DNA of 64,000 nucleotides from Octopus sinensis (Eukaryota). Below the pieces are notes generated by a model. It had not been told where the DNA came from and ran no database searches. It worked only from the letters and a program-made list of their open reading frames with translations. The stretch lies in the NCBI RefSeq assembly GCF_006345805.1, contig NC_043003.1, positions 112,530,001 to 112,594,000 of the forward strand, written 5' to 3'. Position 1 is the first letter of the stretch; the number at the start of each line of letters is the position of its first letter. The translations under genes and the position numbers were made by a program. Below are positions 13,505 to 26,023 of this stretch, one piece after another.

Positions 13505-13572
13505 GTCTGTAGAAATACATAAATCCGGAGGAGAAGCACTCTCTAAGATGTAGAGCAGGTAGGCTGGTTTAT

Positions 13573-13632
13573 GGGGTTACTCTGGGTTTCTCGCTCATAA
13601 AAGGTTTAACCTTACGGCGTATCTTCAGACCC
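13573..13632 (-). ncRNA. Type I hammerhead ribozyme motif (PLE pLTR, left arm)
   Basis: GGGGU-CUGAAGA-stem II-GAAACCC-A-GAGUA-ACCCC. Perfect 5-bp stem I, intact core, GUA triplet, one C.A mismatch in stem III. Confidence 0.7.
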
Positions 13633-14039
13633 CAAACACTGCTGGCCTAAGACCTCTTTAAAGCATGGTGGTGAGGAAAAGCCTCGTTTATAAGACTGGC
13701 CAAGGTGTCACGTATCTCCTTTCCGGAACTCTGAAGGAGGACAGATGATTGGAAATACGCTGTTTGAGAGAGTTCCCAATGCATCCGACGTACTTCCGTC
13801 GATGGCAGCGTCAGCAGCATTGCCGACAACAGCAACAACAACAGTAACAACAACTGCAACAACAGCAAAGCCAGCACCAGCAGCAACAACAACGACTGCA
13901 CCACATGCAACACGCGCAGGGACGAGAATATGACCGGCACCAACAGCAGCAGCCCCAAATCCAGCAGCGACAACACCACCGGCTGCATCAGCGGTAATGG
14001 TAGCAGCAACAACGGCACCAACAACAGCAGCACCAACAA

Positions 14040-14290
14040 GTGGAGGCGCAATGGCCCAATGGTTAGGGCAGCGGACTCGCGGGCGGACGATCGCGGTTTC
14101 GATTCCCAGACCGGGCGTTGTGTGCGTTTATTGAGCGAAAACACCTAAAGCTACACGTGGCTCCGGCAGGGGTTTGTGGCGACCCCTGTTGTACTCTTTC
14201 GCTCCAACTTTCTCTCACGCTTTCTTTCTGTTTCTTGTCCCCGACTTCCTATGCAACAGCTGAGCCTGGATGCTCTCGGTGTCGGGGGGG
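14040..14290 (+). mobile_element. tRNA-derived SINE, family C (3'-degenerate) between the PLE arms
   Basis: GTGGAGGCGCAATGGCCCAATGGTTAGGGCAGCGGACTCGCGG...GGTTTCGATTCCCAGACC matches the copies at 38568 and 43526. Confidence 0.8.
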
Positions 14291-14448
14291 GGGGGGGGGA
14301 CCTGCTTTCTCTTCTGCGGGTCTTACGAATAGCAAAGGACCACGTTTCGGACTTCCTCTACTGGACGAAGACCGCTAAGCTCAACAGCAACAGCAAAAGC
14401 AACAGTAGCACCACAAACAACAGCAACATGCGCAACACCACGCGCTCA

Positions 14449-14775
14449 CAGAAGTACATGGGGTGCACTCGGAACTCTCTCAAACAGGGTATTTCCAATT
14501 ATCTGTCCCCCTTCGGAGTCCCGGAAAGGAGATGCGTGACATCAGTTGCCAGCCATATCTGGCAATTACGAGACGAAGAGATTCCATAGTCGATCGCATG
14601 GAAAATACTCGAGAACCCAGGCCCCTACATCAATGGGACGAAACGGTGGAAGTTATGCATTGCCGAACGCACGAGGATTCTTAAAGACTCGCTTGTACCA
14701 GGGGGCATCCTGAAATCCAGGACGGAGATTTTCGGACCATGCTTACATTTTAGAAAATTCATACTGGTTTTTTGA
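14449..14775 (+). pseudogene. GIY-YIG endonuclease C-terminal part of a Penelope-like element (one in-frame stop)
   Basis: QKYMGCTRNSLKQGISNY...SVASHIWQLRDEEIP*SIAWKILENPGPYINGTKRWKLCIAERTRIL...LKSRTEIFGPCLHFRKFIL matches the PLE pattern YIGxT..FKxR..NH / LSxHIWxLK / WKIL / CxLCxxE / LNxRxEI..C.H. Confidence 0.85.
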
Positions 14776-14992
14776 ATCCGCAGAGCAGCATCACAGCGGG
14801 AGACCAGCACCCAAGGCCGAAGAGAGACAATCGCTTACCTTCGTGGTGCTTTGGTGACCACAATATGACAGCACGGCCGAAGATCGATGAACAATGGTAA
14901 AGGGAAATAATCACCCAGGGTTTTTACCGTTAAAAACGAGGCTTTTCCACCATCTATATTTTAAAGCGGTCTCACTCAGGTCAGCAGTGTTT

Positions 14993-15053
14993 GGGGTCTG
15001 AAGATACGCCGTAAGGCTAAACTCTTCATGAGCGAGAAATCCAGGGTAACGCC
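14993..15053 (+). ncRNA. Type I hammerhead ribozyme motif (PLE pLTR, right arm)
   Basis: GGGGU-CUGAAGA(14998-15004)-stem II-GAAA(15036-15039)UCC-A-GGGUA-ACGCC. Predicted cleavage after GUA 15046-15048; one G.G mismatch in stem I. Confidence 0.7.
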
Positions 15054-16253
15054 GTAAATCGACTTACCCCACTATAATACATACATACAAACACACACAC
15101 ACACGTAAAGCCAAGAATGACAGAACAAATTTCAAAGGTCGGTGTTCATATTCACTCACTATATATTTCAAAGCATCGGAATACCTCCCAGCATACATAG
15201 ATGCACGCATATACACATGAGGATGAGATAGAGAAAGAACAACAAGAATAAGGCGGTTCAACTGTAGAGGAGCAAAGTAGGGAAAACAGTATACAGTGGT
15301 GATTTGGAAAAAGTGTAACACGAACTCTCCACCAAAAACCCTTTGGAAGAAAAGAAAGGGAAGTGGAGAGGAGACGCAGAGTGTGAAACAAGGGAAAGCG
15401 AACGAGCAGAGAAAAAAATGAAAGGCCTACAAAAGTGAGAAAGTCGAAGAGCGTAAACAGGAACCGTTACCAACGACTAGCAAGGAGGAGAAAGTACAGA
15501 AGCAAAAGGAAGATGAAAGAGAAAGGATAGCAACAAAAATGAGAGTCATAGGAATACCAGCAACTGTAGAAGAGATTGGTGAAGAAAAACGGACAGTGAT
15601 ACCGAAAGGAAAACACTTAAGAAATATGATACACTACACAAAAAGAGTAGAGATTGAAAAAAGATAGCGAAAATGAAGAACTTAATCAGAGTTAAATTGT
15701 CACCCAATGAGAACAATGTAGGTTTGAAAGCCGTTCTGTTGGAAAGAGAGAGAGAGGAGAACGGTTAAAGGAATTGTTTGGTAAAAAGTTAGAAGTGACA
15801 CCGGTACAGCTTCGTTTTGATGAATTGCCACCTGTGGTAGCATTCAAAGATATAACGAGGCATTTGGCGTAAATGAGGGTAAGTGAAGAAATTAAGAACA
15901 GAATAATTAATGACTTCGTGTAATTTTTTTAAAGAGAAAACCAACAGGTACAAGACAGATATTGAACTGTTAGTAAAATGTCATATAAAAGCATTGAAAT
16001 GAAACTGCCTGCTTATGGGGTCAGGTAAGTCATTCCACCCTCATTTTTCATTGTATCCATAATTTCATACGATATGCGTTTTTATGTACCCCATTGTATT
16101 GTTTTGTTTGTTTTTGTGTTGTCCCATCTTTATAAGAGGCCCTGTGCCCAATGAAAGAATTCAGGACGTTGGTGCTGCCTTGGCGGAGGTTTTCGCTCTC
16201 TGAGTGTTCTTGTTTGTTATAATTTCAGTCACGCGTTCACATTCTGCTTTCTA

Positions 16254-16553
16254 TCTTTATATATAAAAGTGAAGTTGTGTGAGTGTCTGTCTCCTACGAT
16301 TTAGATTCCTAACTATTTCCACATTTTGCGGTGTAGTTTAACCAAAAGCGGGTATCTTATAGTCGTGATTCATATCGAGCCCTTCTAGGTATTAGCACGC
16401 ATCTACAATGAGTCTACGATTTAAAAAAAAAATTACCATCATTTTTCCCATTTTTAATGCATTTTTTGCTATTATATAAGGGAAGTAACTCTCTAAAAAT
16501 GCTTATATAGTTATTTCCCTTACAAACCCAAGCAATCCGGGCGATACTGCTGA
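16254..16553 (+). mobile_element. Non-autonomous Helitron (family D1, shorter, decayed 3' end)
   Basis: Collinear with 11250-11647 but lacking its internal duplicated block; ends CCCAAGCAATCCGGGCGATACTGCTGA. Confidence 0.8.
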
Positions 16554-16998
16554 TAAAATATAAAACACAATAGATATGAGAAACAATTATCATTTCTTTT
16601 AGATGTCGAGTCTGAGGTCTTGGAAATATTTAAGGCTTCAAAGGATTACTACTCTAAATTAAATTTAAAACATTAATATACATGTATATATATATCGATA
16701 CGCCCACATATATACAAGAGTGCATGTGTGTGTGTGTGCTTGGGAGCTGAGTGCCAAGATAAACCGGTGTTTAATAACTGTTTAATATTTATTTTAGAAT
16801 AAACATATATTAAGCTAAACTCAAATATTACACAATTTTCAATAGCAGAGTTAACACTCTTTAGCCTCTCAAACCTATGATGGAGTTAAACAAAATGTAA
16901 TACAGCAATATACTCACACATATACACACGCTTGCACACACACTTACACGTACGCACAGAGATGCACACACATACACACACACATATACATATATATG

Positions 16999-17046
<48 letters not shown>

Positions 17047-17399
17047 TATGGATAAAAGCATAGATTAGAGTGTAAACAAGAATGTCAAGAACTTACAATT
17101 GTACAGTTTCATCATGTTTGCCCAATTACAAACTTTTCCGTGCATTAATACCACAAACACACGGCTACTACTTGCTATGCAAGCAAATTGTATTTCTGTT
17201 CTTAGTACAGTGAATCAATGAATATGTATGTGTATAATGTACGTATACACACGCACACATATATATATAGATGATGTATATACATGTGTACCTATTATAC
17301 ACACGCACTGACACTCACATACATATATATATATATTATATACGGGAACACGCATACACACAGGCACACACTTATGTATAGATACTCACACTACGAGTC

Positions 17400-18000
17400 T
17401 GTGGCCCCAATTTGATTAATGCATATAATTAAGCTGCCGGACATGCTCCAAGAATTACCAGGACCACTTGACTTTTACTAAAATGCCGACTTAATGGTCA
17501 TCGAAGACTACAATATTTCTTGAATATCCCTTAATCCATGTCAATTACCGGATCTTTAGGCAGTAAAACCACCTATAATTATCATTGATTCATTGACAAA
17601 CTTAGCATAAGTTAACTGCAGAAAATTCACCGCCTCTACAACCTTTACGCTTTTATAATAAATTCCAAAGGTTGGTTACCACTTCAAGTCGTTTCAGTTG
17701 CATTGATTACTGTGGACTGTAATCTTGGTTTTGCATACAATATTTGTGTTGGTGTTTCATTGTTGAAATCTGTGTACACAAACACATATAGCCATTTGAA
17801 ACATGCTCAGTAAACTACTGGTATTCATTTACTAATAATCTTGTTTAACTTTGCGTTAGTTCTCACTGCATTAATCTGGCCTACGACAAAAGGCATTGCC
17901 AGTGAAACCATTCTGTCAATTTATTGGTTTTGAATACACAACTTTCCAATATTCCATTTCTGTTCTTTTCTTCCCATAAGCTAATGTGTTATTTGGTGAA
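17400..18000 (-). pseudogene. Possible heavily decayed pogo/Tigger DDE transposase remnant
   Basis: Broken frames include VVLLPKDPVIDMD*GIFKKY, resembling FLPPNxTxxLQPMDQGII..FK..Y; many stops. Confidence 0.3.
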
Positions 18001-19159
18001 GGTGTATGACCTAGTGTTTAAAAAATTCAGCTCATGGTCAGTATGTTGTCTGTTCAAATCCCGGAATGGGTAGCTTGTAGCTTTAAGCAAGATGCTTCAT
18101 TTTCCGTTGCCCCAGTCAACTTAACTGTAATGATTATCAGTAGGGTATTGGATGAGTTAGCTTTCTCTTTCTCTTTCTGTGTTTCTGTCTCTCTCTCTCC
18201 CCTCTATCTCTCTCTGTCTTTCTTCCTCTCTCTCTCTCTATCTCTCTTTCCCTCTCTCGGTTTCTCTTTCTTTCTTTCTATCTTCGTGTCACATCCTAGT
18301 TGTTTCATTTGACCAAGCACGCGGATGCCGACAGGGTGTCTATGTTTGCTTGCTACTGCTTATGTTCCCAACATAATTTGCGAATGCACGATGTAGTTTT
18401 CGAGCTATGCCAACTTGCGAGCGAGAGCTACTTAAACTGTACTTTTCTTTGATTTCAGGAAGGCTTAATTACTATTTCAAGACAATCGAAGGATCGCATA
18501 CAGGTTGCCCATTATCCTACGTGCTACTTATTTTACTGTTTCCAGTGTGATGAAAAGTGAAAATAAATGTATGCGAGTGAGGGTACGATGCAAAGTGTAA
18601 AATACGAAGTGGAATACAAAAATACGGTTGAAAGTTGCAACATTGATGAAACGAATATTTTCTGTAATCATTCTAAAGCTGTTAGATTTATGAATGAACC
18701 CATGAAATGCTGAGTTACAGCCTTGTCCTGAAGGACTGAATTTATTTTTAAAGAAAATAATGTACATTATACAGTTAAAGGAACGCTAAATTTTATGGCT
18801 CTGTATAAACTTAAAACTATCTTTAAAATTTCGTATTTACCGTGGAATTTCCACGAATGCAGATAGTATAACATAGGAGGAAAACCAAGCATATTTTATG
18901 TACAGACTGCATCAAGTTGGACACTGTTTATAATAAACAAGTAGAAAGTAGAAATCCATCTCCCGGAGAAACACTTGAGGGATTTTGATGAGAAAAACTG
19001 GGACATTGATTATGAAAATTAATATGATGTGAAGAAACTGAGATGAGAAAATTAGTGAAAAACATGCATACAATTTCTTGGGAATTGATGAACCGTATGC
19101 GGTGGAACACGCACAAAATAAGGAAAAAATATTATAGAGGCAACTGTTTAACGTATAAT

Positions 19160-19395
19160 CTCTTTTACTATTTTACTTGTTTCAGTCACTTGACTGCGGC
19201 CATTCTGGAGCACCGCCTTAAAGGGTCTTAGTCGAAGAAATCAATCCCAGGTGTTATTCTTTGTATGCCTAGTACTTATCGTATTGGTCTCTTTTGCCGA
19301 ACTACTAAGTCACAGGGACATAAACACACCAGTATCGTTTGTAAAGTGATGGCGGTGGAGATAAACAGACATATACACACATAAACACACACACA

Positions 19396-19455
<60 letters not shown>

Positions 19456-19615
19456 GACGGGCTTCTTTCAGTTTCCGTCTACCCAATCCACTCACAAGGC
19501 TTCTGATCCGTGGCTATAGTAGAAGACACTTGGTCAAGATGCCATGCAGGGAGACTGAACCTAGAACCATGTAGACGGGAAGTCAGCTTCTTATCACAAC
19601 AGCCACGCCTGCGCC
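19160..19615 (-). mobile_element. tRNA-derived SINE, family B (CORE-like), diverged
   Basis: Reverse complement of 20270-20696, with internal (CA)n/(TA)n tract. Confidence 0.85.
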
Positions 19616-19649
19616 TTCTGACTATTTACGTAATATATTTATTGGTAAA

Positions 19650-20240
19650 CAGAATTAAAAAAAAGCTGTCGAATTGCCAAAATGCAGGTCATGAAGTAGG
19701 CACACTATAATAAAAGAACATATAGCCATGAGGGAGAAACAACTATGAAAAAAACACTTCTGCAGGTATATTAGTGAGACGATACTTATAAAAAAAAAAT
19801 GGAATTTATCTCAGCGTTACAAAATGCCAGCAGATAAGAATTTGTGTATGTGTATATCAGAGAATGTATGAGGGAATGACACAGCGATCACACTCTGATG
19901 TATGTCAATACACAGAGACGTGGGTGCTGAAAACTAATCAACAAAATGTAGCAATCAAGCACCATCGAAAAAGAAAATGTCTCCTAATTGACACATGAAC
20001 CCCAGATAATGTATTGCTGAAACAAAAAGAAATTATCGAAATCTAAAGATAGGAAAGGGAAAATAATATTAATTTCGAAAGTGAAGAAATAAACAATTCG
20101 TATAATAACAGGTGATTTGGGAGTGCAAACAAATGCACAAGTACAATCAAGGATTTAAGAATATGTGCAATGTACAGAAAATAGCATTACTAGGAACTGG
20201 AAATATCATCTAGAATATCTGCAACACATTAGAAACAACA
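19650..20240 (+). pseudogene. Decayed 3' end of an R4/Dong-like non-LTR retrotransposon (restriction-like endonuclease)
   Basis: Broken frames WNLSQRYKMPADKN, KHHRKRKCLLID, IITGDLG and NVQKIALLGTGNII resemble the RLE C-terminus (PDIV..D....CxLID; P.IVGALG; QKIALLGTAHIL). Confidence 0.6.
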
Positions 20241-20269
20241 AATAAAAATAATTCTCCAATTCTCCAGAA

Positions 20270-20696
20270 GGCGCAGGAGTGGCTGTGTGGTAAGTAGCTT
20301 GTCTACCAACCACATGGTTCCGGGTTCAGTCCCACTGCGTGGCACCTTGGACAAGTGTCTTCTACTATAGCCTCGGGCCGACCAAAGCCTTGTGAGTGGA
20401 TTTGGTAGACGGAAACTGAAAGAAGCCCGTCGTATATATGTATGTATATATATATGTGTATGTGTGTGTGTTTGTGTGTATGTGTTTGTCCCCCTAGCAT
20501 TGCTTGACAACCGATGCTGGTGTGTTTACGTCCCCGTTACTTAGCGGTTCGGCAAAAGAGACCGATAGAATAAGTACTGGGCTTACAAAAGAATAAGTCC
20601 CGGGGTCGAGTTGCTCGATTAAAGGCGGTGCTCCAGCATGGCCGCAGTCAAATGACTGAAACAAGTAAAAGAGTAAAAGAGTAAAAGAGTAAGAGT
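20270..20696 (+). mobile_element. tRNA-derived SINE, family B (CORE-like), full length
   Basis: A box TGGCTGTGTGGTAAG, B box GGTTCAGTCCC, CORE-like GCACCTTGGACAAGTGTCTT, internal microsatellite, (GAGTAAAA)n tail. Confidence 0.9.
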
Positions 20697-20838
20697 ATAC
20701 CCAAACTCACACTGCTATATGCAATGAATACACAAATGATAAACAAGGCAAATTGATAATAATAGTAATAACAACAACAACAACCACAACAACAATGATA
20801 ATGATAATAATAGAAATAATAATAATGATGGTAATAAT

Positions 20839-20890
<52 letters not shown>

Positions 20891-20893
<3 letters not shown>

Positions 20894-21332
20894 GATGGGC
20901 TACAGCAAATATTCTGCTCAATACCACAGATTTGCTTGTCAGTTGTTTGACTTTAACCAGTTGAACATGTCCCTTAGTGGCTGACGATATGTGCATCTCT
21001 GATCACGAGCAGAAGTAGTGGGGGAGCATCATAGCCATGTGTTGAGAGGGATTCTTTGGGGTTTGAATAATTCACTTGTGGAAACATGGGTGTTTCGTTC
21101 AACACCCTTAAACAACCCTTATTCAGGGACCTTTCGAGTGGGATGGGTTACTCGACCTGAAGAAAATTCTAACTGGGCCCCACCTGCAAGGTCATGTGCT
21201 GTTTATCTTGATATGAGATCACCATGTCTCGCACATATGGTTGTGATGCATGTGCCTAGTCATGATGGGTATATTGGGCTTCATATATTTTACCCCAGTG
21301 TCACTTTGATGGCATGAACTGCTCTCTCACTC
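20891..21332 (+). mobile_element. Non-coding interspersed repeat bracketed by (TAA)n on both sides (family E)
   Basis: (TAA)n at ~20840-20890 and 21333-21352; its 3' half recurs at 31258-31483, also ending in (TAA)n. Confidence 0.75.
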
Positions 21333-21369
21333 AATAATAATAATAATAATAACCATTCTCTGTCGATAG

Positions 21370-22290
21370 TCCCTTATTGTACCACGAATTTCATTTACTA
21401 GTTTGCTGCGATAATAGCACACCAATGATGACTCCGTTTACCTGTATATTCCACTTCTACCTTTTTGCACGGCTAGCAGAAGCTGAATTACGACCGGGCC
21501 CACCCTGCTGCACAGTGGGTTTCTGTCATGCGAAGCACCTTCACTTTAAGACGTTATTTGAATCATTATTTTCCATCATTCATTGTTTTTGGTTTGTAAA
21601 GGTAGGATGTGCGTACAATTTGTTAATGTTCTGGGTAGAGTAGAATTTGTAGCTGGTATTGATACTGCTTCAGTCGCTGGTAGATTTGAGTGTTTCACTG
21701 CTGGTTTCCCCTTTCTGTGTTCAACGTTATTGGGTTTTTACATTTTATTTTTTTTGATGGTGTTGGTGAAAGTGACAGTGTACTTGTAGTAGATTTAGTG
21801 TTGTTTCCGGGTTTCTCTTCGTTTTCTCTTGGGATTTTCTTGGCTTTTCCTGGCCGTTCCTCCCATACTCACCTTGGACAGGGACCGCGTCATGTGGAAT
21901 ATTTTCTTTTGTCTCTACGCCTCTGTTTTTGCATGTAGAAAGGAAAAGAACAGGAGCAGGGGAAGAAATATTGTAGTGTCGTGGTATCCCCTGGGTTGCG
22001 ATTACTTTTTTATAGTCATTATTTTTCGCCTCCTCAGTTACTACTACTGACAGATTTATTGATAATGTTGTTGATGCCACTGCTCTTTCTTTTCCCAGAG
22101 TTTTTGCCGTGGTTGTTGACGATTTCGTTTTTATTATTGTTACTGTTCGTCCAGATAATGTAATTATAGCTCCCCCCCCCCTTAGTGCTGCTACGCCACT
22201 GATTCTGGTATTGCACACTGGTGTTGCTGTTGTTGCTGTCGTTGTTGCTGCAGTGCGCTCCTTCCTTGTTTCATGTTCTGGCAGTATGGG
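21370..22290 (-). pseudogene. Possible decayed L1/Tx1-type ORF1 end and endonuclease start
   Basis: LSTCKNRGVETKENIP (weak zinc-knuckle-like) followed by VLRMTETH (APE-like xxxxETH); low complexity, many stops. Confidence 0.3.
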
Positions 22291-22299
22291 TAGAGCATT

Positions 22300-22422
22300 A
22301 TAAGATTATCGAATTTGAACTCAGAACGCTAAGACAGTTGAAATGCCCCTTAGAATTTTGTCCGGCGTACTAACGATTTTGCTAACTCGCCGCCTTTATC
22401 CTCTTAATATTATTAATAAGTA

Positions 22423-22470
<48 letters not shown>

Positions 22471-23330
22471 GGGATGATGAGATTTATGACGATGAAGACA
22501 ACGGTGATGAGGATGGTGGCGATGACCAGCGATTTTGAAAAGATAGGATTAGTCTATACTACAGACTTCATTGTGACTGGTACTTTATTTTATCGACATC
22601 GCGGAGACGAACGGAAAAGTTGAACTTGGTGATTTGAACTCAGAACCGAAAGAACCGGACCAAATGCTGCGAAGTGTTTTTCTGACGCATCAACAATTCT
22701 TCAACCTCATCGCTTTATAGTTTCGCACTTATGCACAAGGCCATCAAATTTAAGAGGAGAAAAGCGATCATTTATACTGACCATGCTTGACTCAGGAGGG
22801 ATCTTAAGACACAGTTGATCTCCGGAGGACTGGATCCCAGAACATAAAATACCTGAAGACATTTTGTCCGACGCTTTAATGATTCTGCTAATCCGAAGGC
22901 TTTAATTGCTTTTAACACTGAGAGGGGCAATGCCAGAAACTTCAGGAAAGAGGTTAATCGATTAAATCGACATCAGTAGTACTTGACTGACAGTATAGTT
23001 TTGTCGACCCCAGAGGGATGAAAGGCAATGTTGACCTCAGTAGGATATGAACTCAAAAGAAGATATAATACAAGGTATTTTGTCCGACTCCCTAAAGATT
23101 TTGCTGATACACCTCCCGAATAAGGATAATTTTTTATCACTAATGGAAGACCACTGATATCAGGACTAAACTACAACCGAGTACATCGGCAATAGCACCC
23201 GACTGTACCTTTTATCAGAAAGGAAGGGATAACAAGCAAATTCAACCTCTGGATGTGGAACCCCAGAAATAAAGGGACAAAAATCAATACATCGAGTGTT
23301 TTTTCTGATGCTCAGCTGAATCTGCCGCAA
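22300..23330 (-). mobile_element. Cluster of ~5 diverged family-A-like SINE copies
   Basis: Repeated ATTTGAACTCAGAAC / GGATGAAAGGCAA / TTTTGTCCG motifs at ~22315, ~22630, ~22820, ~23020 and ~23250; (GAT)n at 22423-22470. Confidence 0.65.
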
Positions 23331-23589
23331 ATAAACTGCACTTATTTGACTGGGAAAGCTTTTTTTAGGAAAATATTTCTCTTTACGAATGGATGATGAG
23401 TTTTATGTAAATTCTATTTTCTTCGTTTTGTTTTATATATATATTTCTTTCGTTATTATATGACAAGCAAAAACTAAACAATTATATGAATATACGAATT
23501 TACTTTCAGCAACCAACAACAAATATTTCAATAAATAAGTTAGTTATCTCTAAATTGTTTTGCTGATTTGTTCATTTTATTGCTGTTAC

Positions 23590-23637
<48 letters not shown>

Positions 23638-23776
23638 CATTATTATTATTATTCTGTCGAACATTTTGTCCTTAAGATGACAACGAGCTTCATCATGGAA
23701 GTGTTATGATTATGTATGCTTGCAGAGTTAACATACTCACACACACATACAAACACATACGCACGCACACACACAG

Positions 23777-23813
<37 letters not shown>

Positions 23814-25678
23814 CACACACACGCACACTCATGTACATATGTTTGTAGGTATATATAATATCAATTACGTCTAATTCATTTCTCCAACTGTAATCAATAA
23901 ATTTAAACGAAGTTTATAAAAAACAGAAAATAAAGAAACTACACACATATATATATATATTAAATAAATAAATATTTCTGTACATATACGTAGCTAGAGG
24001 GAGAGGGAGAGAAAACAGAGGGAAAGGGAAGGGAAGGGTGGTTATGTAGCTCTATGTCTTTCAGTGCAACATGTAATAGGATGCAGTTGCAATCTATTCA
24101 CACTGATGTAAGTAAAACACAGGCAATTTTACTTATCAATGCAATCATAAATACATTGTAGTTCAAAGTAAAATATAGGATTGCATAAAAAGAAAACGTG
24201 AAACTTTAATGAATATTTAATACTAAACCAGCAAACTGTAATCTTTTAAAATTATTTGTGATGGCTGACTAAAAGTATATCAGTTCATTTTAGTTATTCA
24301 GTCGTATTCAATCTCTTTATTTTACTGATAATCGATTAGTAGTTTGTCACATTTGAGACTGAATGTCTCTCCTAAGGTTTCAATAAATACTGTTTACACT
24401 TTTTCGTTGAGATCAGTAAGATAGAGATTTGATTAATGTGAATGTATGCAGAAATTGAAAATTACAACTGGAAAAATAATCAAAAGCAAGTTTGAATATC
24501 GGTAAGATAGCTTCAGAATGTTTAAATTTCTGGTGTTAGCAATTAATTCTACAGTTCCCGCTGATATATTGCAGCCAACATTAGATTGCAAGTGAAACCG
24601 TATTGTCGAAAGAAATCAGGCCCCTTATCCTTAAGATTATATACAACGATTTGAATATCTCACACTAAGATTGGGTTTTGATGGCGAGATTTATAAAATT
24701 CATTTGAATTCGAGTTTTTAACGATGACTTCTAGTTCTGATTGAAATTACCACTAAGTACGCAGCATCGTTTTTAAGTTATTGATTCATGATAACTCGTT
24801 TTTCAATGAAGCGTGTTTGTCTTTCGATCTACAATTAAATAGCTTGAATAAATTCATTTTAAAAGATATAAGTCTCAATCCAAATCAATACTGACAGATC
24901 TCTTGTGAAATAAGGTATAATTTTTTAGGTTTCAATAACTTTCCACGATGTACTTTCTTACAAACGGAGGAGCTGTCCAAAAACAAGGATTAAGGCCGCG
25001 ATCACTTTAGAATAAGTCGTAGAAAGTGATCAGCATTTATACTTTCACGAACCCTTTAGTCACGCAATAGCGGAACGAACTGAATTATGACAGAACATAT
25101 TAGCGGTTATAAAACTGCGTGAATTGGCACCAAAAAACCCAAGCCTCAATATTATAGATTACAGCATCTTTATTTTCTGATTGCTTCTATCTAAATTCCA
25201 ATTTAGTCATTCAGAAATGGCATATAAGTTCTTTCAAAATTGTTCTTAATGAAATTTAGAACTATTATTTATATTGTTAGCTTTTAAGATGTGGGTCATT
25301 TACATGTAAGGTACAAAACCTTGGATTCCCCCTCTTTCTCTCTCTCCCTATCTCTCTCCGTCCCTCTCCCCTATCTCTCCCTCTCTCTAGTTATCATCAA
25401 CCGCAATCGCAAAGCCAGGAATCTGGGGATCTACTCTTCAAAGTCATCTGACATAGGGTACTCGCCTGGCATGCGAATCTCCTGTCAAAACTACTTAGCC
25501 ATAAGCACCATCTGTCTCATCTGTAGGATATGCAGTTTCTCACCAGATTGTATTAAAGCGGTGTCTGTTGATCGAGGCTCCTTCTCTTCTTTCACTCTCT
25601 CAATTCCGGTTACCCACAGTTCGGTTTTGACCCCACTCATTTTTTTTATATACTTTAATACCTTACTTTCCAGCAAGT

Positions 25679-25737
25679 CCGACGACGCTCGTTCAATCTA
25701 CCCAGAGGATAGAACTATCAAGATTTCGTCAGAACAG
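25679..25737 (-). ncRNA. Degenerate hammerhead-like motif
   Basis: CUGUU-CUGACGA-AAUCU...AGAUU-GAAC-GAGC-GUC-GUCGG. Perfect 5-bp stem II and GUC triplet, but one A missing from GAAA and a weak stem I. Confidence 0.4.
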
Positions 25738-25823
25738 TTTTGTGTTATACAACTCATTCACATGTACATATATGATAAAACATATACATACATGCATACA
25801 TACATACATACATACATACATAA

Positions 25824-25854
<31 letters not shown>

Positions 25855-25864
25855 CATACATACA

Positions 25865-25897
<33 letters not shown>

Positions 25898-25899
25898 TC

Positions 25900-25992
25900 T
25901 TTTACTCTTTTATTTGTTTCAGTCATTTGACTGCGGCCATACTCTAGCACTGCCTTTAGTCGAACAAATCGATCCCAGGACTTATTCTTTGT
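25900..25992 (-). mobile_element. SINE family B 3' fragment
   Basis: TTTACTCTTTTATTTGTTTCAGTCATTTGACTGCGGCCAT...GACTTATTCTTTG. Confidence 0.8.
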
Positions 25993-26023
25993 TATACAGT
26001 TCTATATTTAAAAGATGAGGAAT

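Larger units (their letters stand above)
13501..15068. mobile_element. Penelope-like element: inverted pair of 3' ends with GIY-YIG remnant and pseudo-LTRs
   Basis: 13558-13800 is the inverted copy of 14440-14558 joined to 14935-15068; the right arm encodes a GIY-YIG C-terminus; both arms carry a hammerhead motif. Confidence 0.85.

Noticed and set aside
15100-15700. Purine-rich K/E/R-rich frames, possibly a LINE ORF1 (similar tract at 48560-48900, minus)
   Set aside because: Compositional only; no recognisable motif.
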